Positions 9,834 to 19,114 of a stretch of 64,000 nucleotides of DNA are shown here, piece after piece. Made by a program: the position numbers and the translations under genes. The notes beneath the pieces are model-generated. The model saw nothing but the letters and a program-made list of their open reading frames with translations. It did not search any database and was not told the DNA's origin. Source of the stretch: an uncultured Planctomycetota bacterium (GTDB taxonomy: Bacteria > Planctomycetota > Planctomycetia > Isosphaerales > Isosphaeraceae). The stretch is from the NCBI GenBank assembly GCA_963823665.1, contig CAWGMQ010000004.1:2976001-3040000 (forward strand), given 5' to 3'. The first letter of the stretch is position 1. Each line of letters starts with the position of its first letter.

Positions 9834-12800
9834 TCACTCGGTCTTGCGGGCGACGACGGGGAAAACCGTTGCGACTTTTCCAGGCGTTCCCTCGCTGGTC
9901 TTCAGGTCGTCGAAGGTGATCTCCAATCGGTAGCGACCGGGCCGTTCGATGGGAAAGAGGGTGCGAAGGTCGATTTGAAACGCGCTGACAGTCCCGGCCG
10001 GCGCCAGTGTGAAGGGCGAGGCCCCGCCGGGATGGCGGCGGAAGGGGCGGCCGGGGATCTCCTCGGGGGGGAATGGCTTCTCACGAGCGCCTCCCAACTG
10101 GGCAAACGGGTTGAGCTCGTCAGGATTGTCCGACACGCGGACGAGCTGGAAGGCGATCCCGTCTCGGATCGTGACCATGCCGTCGGCGGCTCGGACGAGG
10201 TCGGCCGGAGCCGTCGAGTCGACTCCGCGATGGTTCCGGAACGAGAGCTCGACCGGCAGCGGGCCGGCGGTGGCGGCATCCTTGATTTCGATCCGCGCGT
10301 CCAGGTCGGTCGAGAGCAACGACCAGCCCATGTTCCAGGGCGTGGGGAATTCGATCTCCTCGGCGGCGACTCGTGTCAGGGCATGGCGGCCTGCGAACCC
10401 ATAGTAGCGACGCCATCGGTCGCCCGCGCGCACCTCCTCGGCTTGCCAGACCCGGCCCTCTTGCATCGCCTCGATAGCCGGAAACGCATTGCCCTGGTCG
10501 TCGAACCGCTGGATGACGGGGGGATCGTCGGGGAAGACCTCCAGCTTCGTCCACCGGGCGTCGAGCGGGAGCGCCGGCAACGGGACGCGGCGGACTTCGG
10601 CCCCGGCGCGGTCGAGCGAGAAGATGGCTCGCCCCGCCGCGACTTCCTCGGCTGTCGCGGGATGGTCGAGCGGGTCGAATGCGAGGACCGCCTTTTCATG
10701 CCGCGGACCACCCGGCTCTGCCGCGAGGATTGCCCGCGACGCCGCATTTTCGTGGAACCGTTCGCCAAACTGCTTCAAGTACGCCATGCAGGCGCCGATG
10801 GCCTGGTCGCGCTTCGAGACGGGCCATTGCTTCTGGAACCGGGGAATGCCTTCGAGCGCCTGGAGGTCTTCGCAGACCAGGTCGGCCATCCGCAGGGGCA
10901 TCGCCCCAGGCCCGGGCTTGACGGGATTTTCGGGCCGGGACGAAAGCGTGCCTACGCTAATGACCGACTGGGAAGTGCTGTTGCCCTTCTCCACGGTCTT
11001 GCTGCTGCCCTGGATCACCGTAACCGTCCCCTCGTCGTCGACCTCGACGGTGCCCACTTGGGTCTTGTCGGCGAGGGCCCTGAGGACGAGCGTGCGGAAC
11101 GATTTCAAGCCGAGCAACGGACCGCTGAGCCTGATATGAGTCGCAAAGCTTTGGGAACTGACCGAGGGATTCCAGGGCGATTTCGGGTCTTCGAACAGCG
11201 CGGCAGCCGCGGCTATCACGGCTGGGTGGTCTGGGTTGCTCCACAAGGGCTCGAAGATCGCGATCTGGCGGGCGTCGTGCTGGGCGGGGGTGATGGTGCG
11301 GATCCAGCCGGCGTAGTCGTCCAGCGCCTGCGGGTCGCCTGCCTGGGTGCGGAGGCGAGTCAGGCTCTCTATTCTCTCCTCCAGGCCGAAAATCTTCGGC
11401 CCGTTCTCTCGCTGGGCCTGTAAGAGCCCGGCGCAGCGTTCGGCGCGGGCTTTCAGGACAGGCAAGGCTGCCTTGATGTCCCACTCCGCCAGCATCGAAG
11501 CCATCTGGTTGGCCGATCCGACCTTGAACTGATCGGCTGAATTGGGATCGATTGGGCCGCCTGGGTCAAACTCTTTTGCTCGCATCGCCATGAGCTCGGC
11601 GACGCTCGGGTCTCGCTTGGCACGAAGGGCCTCGCCGCGGAGCCTGGGCCGGGCGCCGGGAGGAAGCGGGGTTGTCACCGCCGTGCCGAACGCCGTACTG
11701 CCGGGGACGACCGAGACATTTTCATGCTGGACGATGTTGCCGGCGGCCTGGAGCCATTCGCGCGGCGCGGCGACGTCGTCGGCGAGGGTGCGATACCAGC
11801 GCTCGATGAGCGGGACGTCTCGGTTCTTCTCCCAGTAGGCGTGGATTTGATCGGCGACCGCTTTGCGACCTTGAAGGCCGCGCGACGAGAGGTTGTCGCC
11901 GGTGGAGACCGCGCCGAAGAACGAGGTTTTCAAGATGCCGGAAAGCGCCGTGTAGGCGGCCTCGTGGGCCCCCATAATGATGCGCGATCGGTGGAAGTCG
12001 CGGTGGAAATGGACCGAGCGGGTGAGGCGGACATCGGTTTCGAGGTCCTCGAGCAGCGGGTTGACCGCCTCGTCGCCCGCTTCGACGAGTGACTCGACGA
12101 CCGGAGAATCGCCCAAACTGACGGCGCCCGGCTGGCCGAACTGGCGCGCTGCGACCTGATCGAGATCGGCGATCAGAGCGGCGATCCGCTTCTTGGCATC
12201 GGCCCCCTGCGGCGGCACCGGCGGTTGCTTCGGTTCCCGGGCCCGGCGCTCCTGGTCGGCGAGGAGATCGGGGAGCTGGTCGAGGAATTGGATGTAAGGC
12301 GGGGAGCCCTCAGCGCCGTCGCCGGGCTTTCGGGGGTAGTCGAAGCCCATCGCCTTGGCCCGCGTCTCGACGTCTTTCTGGAGCGTGGTGAGCTTCCGCG
12401 CATCGGCAAGCGCCAGGGCATCGTCGCCGCGCATGTGGGCGCAGACGGCGCGATCGAAGAGGTACCAGGCCAGGTCGTTTGCCAGCGTCACATAGGAAAC
12501 ATTAAATTTGTTCTCGTCAAGCTTCGCCTTCGGGTTTGCCGCTCCGAACCGGGCGTCGCGCGGCCGGCTCCCTGCGGCCCAGACTGTCTCCGCGAGATCG
12601 GCCCGGCCCAGCCGGAAAAGCAAGCAGACCTTGATCGCGAGGAGGCTCGTCGGAGAGACCGCGTATGCTTCGTCGATTGCCCGGAAGGCGTTGAACCCGG
12701 AGTCGTCCATGTTGTCGCCGGCTGCGCGGGAGGCGCGGGCCATCTCGTCGATGATTTTCACGTCGGCGGCCGGGTCGGCCGGCTCGCCGACCGAGACGAG

Positions 12801-13977
12801 CGGATAGACCAGACCGCTCCAGGCGACAGCGAATCGCGTTTTCGCGCCGGCAGGTGCCGGCAAGACCCAGCCTCGCGTCTTGATCACACCTCCATCGCCG
12901 GTCCACACGTTGCCGATGCCGATCTCGATCGCGCGGTAATCGCAGCCGCGCGGATCTGCCAGCCCTTGTTCGAAGAGCGTGGCCGAGGTATTCGAAAGGA
13001 ACGCGGGCAACGAGGTCGCGGGGGGTTGCGAGGGTTCACGCTGCCGGGGAGGGTCAGGGATCGACGTTCCTTCGAAGCGAGGCGCCGGGCGATGGTCGGT
13101 GCGCTGGCGCAGCGCCATTGCAGTTGCTCCTAATAGAAATACTGCTGTGAGCACGGTCATCGCCGCGCCGACTTTCCATTTGGACAAGACGATGATGCGG
13201 CATACTCGAAGAGCCAGCGCAACGGAGGCCGTGCCCGCAATCTCGCGGGCTTTGAGGTGCGCGAACTCACCCGCCAGCCGCACGGTCGCCTCGGCCCATG
13301 CCTGCGGGGCGGGGCAGGACGGGAGGCCGTCGCTGTGGCTCGCAGCGGCGAAGGCGGATGAAAGAACCCTGCCGCTTTTTTCAAGTCGCGTTTTCAGCTT
13401 GGCCCGCCCGCGTGCGAGGCGGCTCTGGATGGTTCCGAGCGGACATTGTAATTGCATTGCAGCCTGCTCCTGAGTCAGCCCGTCGAGGTAGCAGAGGATG
13501 AGCGGGTCGCGGAAGGAGCGGGGCAGCGATCCCAGCTCATCGTGCAGTCGCACCCAATCATCTTGGTTTTCGATTGTGTCGAAATCTCCATGGACGACGT
13601 GGCCGGCGGCTCGCAGTTCGCCTTCTCGGTGCTCGAGCTTGCGCGCGGCGCGCGTGAGCCGCGCGCAGGTTGGCCGCGACGCGGCGTGCCACGCCATGCA
13701 GCCAGCAGGCGAGTGATTCGCGGCGGCTGATCGATGGCGCACGACGTGCGAGGACGAGGAACGCGGCCTGGGCGGCGTCTTCGGCGTCTTCTTCGGTGGG
13801 TAGGATCTGGCGGCAGACGCGTAAGACCATTGCGCCATGGCGGTCGACGAGGGCGGCGAATGCGTCTTGGGCGTCGTCGCCGCGGCACTCGAGGAACCGC
13901 TCGAGCAACAGGCGGTCGGTCAGGCCGCCGGCCGTGCCGGTGCGAAAGAGGGTCTCGATTCGCTTGACGAATTCCAT
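9834..13977 (-). CDS. One-component ECF sigma factor B: sigma core, TM helix and ~1100-aa extension of unrecognised type (frameshift near 13645)
   Basis: MEFVKRIETLF...DAEDAAQAAF in ORF 13558..14103; FRDPLILCYLDGLTQEQAA, TM helix and extension in ORF 9834..13838. Confidence 0.87.
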
Positions 13978-14036
13978 CGCGGGCCTCCGTTTCAGCGCAT
14001 CACGCGGCGTTTGCCGACTGGCCGCAGCCTCTATAG

Positions 14037-14067
14037 TGTAGTGTGCGCCCGCCGGACCGGCATTCCC
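14037..14067 (-). promoter_or_regulatory. Putative ECF promoter GGGAAT-N18-CACTACA (copy 2)
   Basis: About 60 nt upstream of ATG 13977. Confidence 0.65.
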
Positions 14068-14189
14068 GTGCTGTCGGGTTTTCATGCGCACGGACAAGTT
14101 CATCCGATATTGGTGCAGCGCATGTGAATCGCATCTCCCCGCGTCTTGCTGGGTTGAGCGGGGGCTCGCGCAGGGGGTACGGTGCCATC

Positions 14190-14602
14190 ATGTCGTCCCG
14201 GCCTGAACAGTCCGACGATCTCGACAGTCCGTGGAAGGAAGCGCTCGAGCACTTTCTCGAATGGTTCCTCGCGCTTTGTTTTCCGGAGATCCACGCGGGC
14301 ATCGACTGGTCACGCGGGTACCAGAGCCTCGACAAGGAGTTCCAGCAGATCGTCCGCGACGCGCGCGTGCGGAAGCGGCTCGCCGACAAGCTTTTCAAGG
14401 TCTGGCGCAACGACGGCACCGAGACCTGGCTGCTGGTGCACGTCGAAGTTCAGGGGCAGCGGGAGAAGACTTTCCCGGAGCGAATGTACGTTTACAGTTA
14501 CCGGATTTACGACCGCTACCGCCGCCAGGTCGCGAGCCTGGCTGTGCTGTGCGACGAGCATCCGGCCTGGCGGCCCGACCACTTCGGGTACAATAATTGG
14601 GG
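14190..14602 (+). pseudogene. Rpn nuclease paralog with an internal ~296-nt deletion
   Basis: Near-identical to 8280-8692, then joins directly to the sequence equivalent to 8989 onward, out of frame. Confidence 0.88.
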
Positions 14603-14616
14603 AGGAGGCGCGAGGC

Positions 14617-14856
14617 ATGCCCTACGTGACGAGCATCGAGAGACTGGCGCGGGAAGAAGGTCGTCAGGAAGGAGTCGCCGAAGGCTTCCAGGCCGCGATC
14701 CTGGAGCTTCTCGAACTCAAGTTCAAGAAAGTGGCCGCGAAACACGCGCGAAAGGTCCGCTCCGTGCGCGAGGTCGAGCGGCTCCAGGCCGTGCTGCGGG
14801 CCGTCAACGAAGCGAACACGCTCGAGGAAGCCCTCTCGCCGCTTCGAGATGGTTAG
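14617..14856 (+). CDS. Intact RpnS-like small protein (79 aa)
   Basis: GGAGGAGG RBS then MPYVTSIERLAREEGRQEGVAEGFQAAILELLELKFKK...ALSPLRDG*, uninterrupted. Confidence 0.8.
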   Translation: MPYVTSIERLAREEGRQEGVAEGFQAAILELLELKFKKVAAKHARKVRSVREVERLQAVLRAVNEANTLEEALSPLRDG

Positions 14857-14858
14857 CC

Positions 14859-14950
14859 CATCGCGGGCCTTCGGTTGAGACGCATCGCACGGCGTTTACG
14901 AACTAACCGGACCCTATCGTGTCGTGTGCGCCGGCGTGCCCGGCATTCCC
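14859..14950 (-). promoter_or_regulatory. Orphan ECF promoter, 5' leader and start codon with the gene missing
   Basis: Aligns with 13975-14067; the -10-like box reads CACGACA instead of CACTACA; ATG 14861 is followed by GGC TAA. Confidence 0.75.
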
Positions 14951-15060
14951 AGGCCGCCGGTTCTGGCCTGAGCCGCGACGGCGCTGTGCAACTTGCCCAG
15001 CGAGCCGGCGCTTGGTATGCTCTGGATTGGACATGCGACAATTGTCAGGGGATAACGGCG

Positions 15061-16428
15061 ATGGCGACGAAGACGTTGAGCCCGAGGCGCGGACTCCGGG
15101 TTTCGCTGCGGCTGGCGATGGTGATGATCGTTCTGGTGGCGATCCCGCTGTCGCGGCTGGCGGTTCGTGCGCGGGCTCAGAAAGAGGCCGTCCGGGCGAT
15201 CTCCAAAGCCGGCGGATTTGTGGGATATGACTGGCAGTTCCTGCCCGATGGTCGGCGCAACCCCTCGCCCAAGCCTCCGGGCCAGTCGTGGTTCCACAAA
15301 TGGCTCGGCCCCGACTATTTCCAGACCGCGGAGCAAGTGACGTTGCAACGCGAGGACAACGGCGACGACGTCATGGAACACGTCGGAAGGCTGGATGGCT
15401 TGCGCATCATCTCCATCACCGGCACCGAGATCACCGACGCCGGCATCGCCCACCTCGCGGGCCTTTCTCGGTTGCAGAGCGTCTATTTTCAGTGGGATAT
15501 GCACATCACCGGGGCCTGCCTCGCCCACTTGCGCGACAAGAAGAATCTGACGTGGCTCGGGGTTTTCACCCCGGGCCTTCGCGACGACGACTTGACGCTC
15601 ATCGAGGGCCTCGCTCGACTGGAAACGCTCCTGCTGAGGTCGCCGGCCCTCGGCGATCCAGGCATGACGCATATCCGAGGATTGACCGCGCTGAAGCGGC
15701 TGACGATCGACAACTCGATGGTGACCGGCGCAGGTCTGGAACAACTTCGGGGCCTCAAGAACCTGGAGAGTCTCAGCCTCCCTCCGACGGTCGATCACCT
15801 CACCCCCTTGAGAGGCCTTTCACGCCTTCGTACGCTCGGCGCCTCGGGCGGCCCCATTGACGATCAGGGGCTTGAAGGCATCGAAGAACTGCATGCGCTG
15901 GAAAGGCTGAACCTGGGCAGAACTCGGATCACCGACGCCGGACTTGCGAGGCTGCGAGGGCTCGACAAGATGCAAACGCTTGGCCTCTTCGAGATCTCCA
16001 TCACCAACGCGGGATTGGCGAACCTTGCCGGGATGACGCGGATGACGACGTTGAATCTCTCAGGCACGCCGATAACAGACGAGGGCCTCGTTCATCTGCG
16101 GGCGATGGGATCGCTGGAGGTCCTCAATCTGGCCGGCACTCGAGTGCGCGGTCCCGGACTGGTCCACCTGGCCGGGATTCCATCACTGAGAACCCTCTAC
16201 CTCGATCGAACGCCGATCGACGATGGAGGAATGACCGCGCTCTCGGAGCTGAAGGGACTCAGCGCGATCAACCTCGCGAAAACGGCGATCACCGATGCCG
16301 GCCTGCAAAAGTTGGGGGCAGTCCCGGAGGCACTGCGTCTGGACCTCACAGGGACGCGAGTCACGGAGCAGGGGATTGCCGAGTTGCAGAAGGCGACGAC
16401 GATCCTGGGTGTCGACGGGCTGAAGTGA
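15061..16428 (+). CDS. Membrane-anchored leucine-rich repeat protein
   Basis: RVSLRLAMVMIVL N-terminal anchor; about a dozen ~24-aa LxxLxLxxTxITDAGLxxL repeats. Confidence 0.9.
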   Translation: MATKTLSPRRGLRVSLRLAMVMIVLVAIPLSRLAVRARAQKEAVRAISKAGGFVGYDWQFLPDGRRNPSPKPPGQSWFHKWLGPDYFQTAEQVTLQREDNGDDVMEHVGRLDGLRIISITGTEITDAGIAHLAGLSRLQSVYFQWDMHITGACLAHLRDKKNLTWLGVFTPGLRDDDLTLIEGLARLETLLLRSPALGDPGMTHIRGLTALKRLTIDNSMVTGAGLEQLRGLKNLESLSLPPTVDHLTPLRGLSRLRTLGASGGPIDDQGLEGIEELHALERLNLGRTRITDAGLARLRGLDKMQTLGLFEISITNAGLANLAGMTRMTTLNLSGTPITDEGLVHLRAMGSLEVLNLAGTRVRGPGLVHLAGIPSLRTLYLDRTPIDDGGMTALSELKGLSAINLAKTAITDAGLQKLGAVPEALRLDLTGTRVTEQGIAELQKATTILGVDGLK

Positions 16429-16449
16429 GCGATTCCCTTTGAAGCGTGT

Positions 16450-16506
16450 TTGGGTCATTTCGAACCCAGCGCCGCTGTTGGGTTTTAACGGTCGGTTCGA
16501 TTCGCA
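16450..16506 (-). repeat. Two degenerate inverted copies of TGCGAAACGAACCCA
   Basis: TTGGGTCATTTCGAA (16450-16464) and TCGGTTCGATTCGCA (16492-16506) are reverse-complement variants of the motif at 17957, 18023, 18984 and 19050. Confidence 0.6.
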
Positions 16507-16692
16507 CGATTTTATCAATTCATGAAAGTACAAAATTGGCGGTGGGAGTTGCGATGGGGCAATTCCGCCGTACATTCTTATTAAAGCAGTTTGTGCCGGC
16601 TCGACGCGCGGCGGCCGCGATCGGGGGCGAGGGTGGCGTGGGAGTAAAGATTTCAAGTAATACGAGCTTTCCGGAAAGGAACGGAGTAAAAT

Positions 16693-18303
16693 ATGACCAC
16701 TTCAGCACAAATCAGACGCAATCAGCAGAATGCCAAACATAGCACTGGGCCCCGGACGCTTGAGGGTAAGAATCGTTCGAAATACAACGCTGTGAAGCAT
16801 GCGTGTACTGCGAAACTGGTGTTGCTGCCGACGGAGCAGCCGGCGGAGTTCAACGCGCGGACGAAAGCGTTCTTTGAGCACTTCAGGCCACAGAATCCGG
16901 TCGAGCTGGTTTTGACGGAGGACGCGGTTTACTGCTCGTGGCAGCTCAAGCGTTGCTGCGAGGCCAAGTGGTCGCGGATGCGTGAGAACGCCGTGATGGG
17001 CGATGTCGATCTGAAGCGGCGTGTCGGGGTCGAGTTCACCGAGCTTTCGGAAGAATTGTTCCGCGCACCGAACGGGAGGCCGACCGCATTGCCGGGTGGT
17101 GAACTGCCGGACGCGGAGGCGGGCCAAGCGTGCAGGACGAAAAGCAACACCGCGACGGAAGAGAGCCCGGCGCGCGTCCTCCGGGGGCTGGAGTCGAGCC
17201 CGATCGGGGTGAGCTGGCTGCTCATGGAGTGGGAGGCGCTCAACTCGCCCCTACAGAGAGGCGAGGGATGGAACGCCGCGGAGCGATTTCGTGTGCGCCG
17301 GCTGCTGGGGATTCACCCGGCTGGCGCCTATTTCGATGACCATCTCACGCGCTTGCTCCAGGCGTGCCAGACGCTCGACCCGACGGCGGGGAGCATGGTC
17401 GCCGAGGTTTGGAACGAGGTTGTCTCGGCGACTGACTTGCCGGTGCTTGAAGAGCAGTACGGGCGGCGCATCGCGCTTGAGCCGCCGATGGATCGAGAAA
17501 CGGCGCTCCAGCATTTGATCGGGGTTATTCGCCTGGAGGTAACCCGACTCGAAGAAATGGAAGAAGAGCACCAGGAGCGGACGGAGCTGAGGGAGGAGCT
17601 GGCGCCCAATCTCGCCAAGTTCGATTTCAGCCACGAAGGCTTGCTCATGACGCGATATGAGTTTGCCTGGCGCCGGCAGATGTATCGGAACATGAGCGAG
17701 CTCGGGAAATTGAACGAAGAACGAAGGAACAGCGGCCGGGGACGGAGCCCCTATTATCTGGGGCCGCCGGCGGATTGGCTGGTTGATGAACACGATGATC
17801 GTGATCATCGGGACGATGATCACGATCATGAACAGGACGCTCGTGCCGGTTTGAACCGGGATGACGATGCGACGGCTGTTGTGGGTCTGGACGAACAAAC
17901 GCCGGCGATTGTCGGGCAGGGCGAAGAAACTGCTGAGCTGGACGTTGCGGCGGTTTTGCGAAACGAACCCAAGGACTTAAGTCTTGAGATTGAAGGGACA
18001 ACGGAAGATGCGGATGTCTCGCTGCGAAACGAACCCACCGTGATTTCCGAGCCTGTCGCGGTGGTCAGCGGCAACGGCGACGTGGAAGACGAAGTGGTGC
18101 GACACGAAGGTGGGGTGGTGCGGTCTGTGCGGTTTGATGAGGGCCTGACCGGGGCGATGCGTGATGCCGAGCAGCTCTTGCGGCCGGGGATTCGGCTGCG
18201 GGACTCCGTTCGACTCGGAAATGGAAATGGAGCAAGCGGTGGAAGGTCGCGGCGTGAGCGCAGGCTCAGGAAGAAGGAGGACGCGCGGGCAGGGGCGAGA
18301 TGA
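16693..18303 (+). CDS. Uncharacterised protein with N-terminal NAxxSTGPRTxEGK motif and C-terminal LRNEP repeats
   Basis: RRNQQNAKHSTGPRTLEGKNRSKYNAVKH; acidic, His/Asp-rich tail with two LRNEP motifs; GGAG RBS; AT-richer upstream region. Confidence 0.8.
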   Translation: MTTSAQIRRNQQNAKHSTGPRTLEGKNRSKYNAVKHACTAKLVLLPTEQPAEFNARTKAFFEHFRPQNPVELVLTEDAVYCSWQLKRCCEAKWSRMRENAVMGDVDLKRRVGVEFTELSEELFRAPNGRPTALPGGELPDAEAGQACRTKSNTATEESPARVLRGLESSPIGVSWLLMEWEALNSPLQRGEGWNAAERFRVRRLLGIHPAGAYFDDHLTRLLQACQTLDPTAGSMVAEVWNEVVSATDLPVLEEQYGRRIALEPPMDRETALQHLIGVIRLEVTRLEEMEEEHQERTELREELAPNLAKFDFSHEGLLMTRYEFAWRRQMYRNMSELGKLNEERRNSGRGRSPYYLGPPADWLVDEHDDRDHRDDDHDHEQDARAGLNRDDDATAVVGLDEQTPAIVGQGEETAELDVAAVLRNEPKDLSLEIEGTTEDADVSLRNEPTVISEPVAVVSGNGDVEDEVVRHEGGVVRSVRFDEGLTGAMRDAEQLLRPGIRLRDSVRLGNGNGASGGRSRRERRLRKKEDARAGAR

Positions 18304-19111
18304 GAAGTTTGAGGGATGTCAGTGGTCAGTAGTTCGTTGGGTCTTCGGCTCTTTGATAATTTGAACGATTGGAGAAAACACCGGCTTGAGTGGCGGCCGC
18401 GAATTGCGAGGAGGCTCGCGGTGCGCCGCTCGGGTCTGGTGGGATGGGGCTTGGTGTTGTGATGTCCAATGCACAACCGGATTTGAACAGAAGGAAACGG
18501 AGATAACGAAGAAGATGCCAAGAGCCGGAATCGAGTGCGAACAGGGCAGGGCACACTCGACCTGCTCGCGCGGCATTTGCGTTCCCGCGTGGGCCTTCAC
18601 GGAGAGCTTTCGTCGCCGGTCGCTCAATCCCCGAGCCATTGCCGGGTCTGAACAGCATTCCGGCCTCGTTCCCGTGGTAGAATCACCTCCCGGACCGTGC
18701 ACCGAATGAGAGGAGCTTCCGTGGACCACTTCCGAGAGGTCGTGGGCCATCTGAACGCGCGAATCCCCGGCGAATTTGAGTGCAAGGCCGGGATCCAAGG
18801 GCTGGAGAAAGCAAGCTTGATGATTTCTGCTGACCGCGACGGCCGGAACCCTCGATTTCTGATCGACGCAACCGCCACTAACGCGAGAGTGGCCGACACG
18901 TCCTGGGAACGCCCGATCGAGGTCGATTTCCGGCGGTACGGTATTCAAACGCCGTGGAGCGCTTGACGCTCATGTACGATTGTTGCGAAACGAACCCAAG
19001 GACGTAAGTGGTGTGCTGCAAGGGACAATGGGCGATTCGCAGGGCTTGCTGCGAAACGAACCCAGCGTGATTTCTGAGGCTGTCGCGGTTGGCCGCAGGA
19101 ACGGCAACGTG
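17957..19111 (+). repeat. ~130-bp direct repeat (17957-18085 and 18984-19111), each copy holding two TGCGAAACGAACCCA motifs 66 nt apart
   Basis: Four exact 15-mers at 17957, 18023, 18984 and 19050; the flanks align with substitutions. Confidence 0.92.
18721..18966 (+). CDS. Small hypothetical protein (81 aa)
   Basis: GAGGAG RBS before GTG; lies between the two repeat copies. Confidence 0.5.
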   Translation: MDHFREVVGHLNARIPGEFECKAGIQGLEKASLMISADRDGRNPRFLIDATATNARVADTSWERPIEVDFRRYGIQTPWSA

Positions 19112-19114
19112 AGC

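Noticed and set aside
17957..19064. CRISPR array from the 15-mer repeats spaced 66 nt apart
   Set aside because: Repeat too short, only two pairs, the spacers are homologous to each other, and there are no cas genes.
16425..19114. GTGAGC as a proven target-site duplication
   Set aside because: Only 6 bp, boundaries were chosen by eye, and part of it lies within the 130-bp repeat homology; kept only as a hint.
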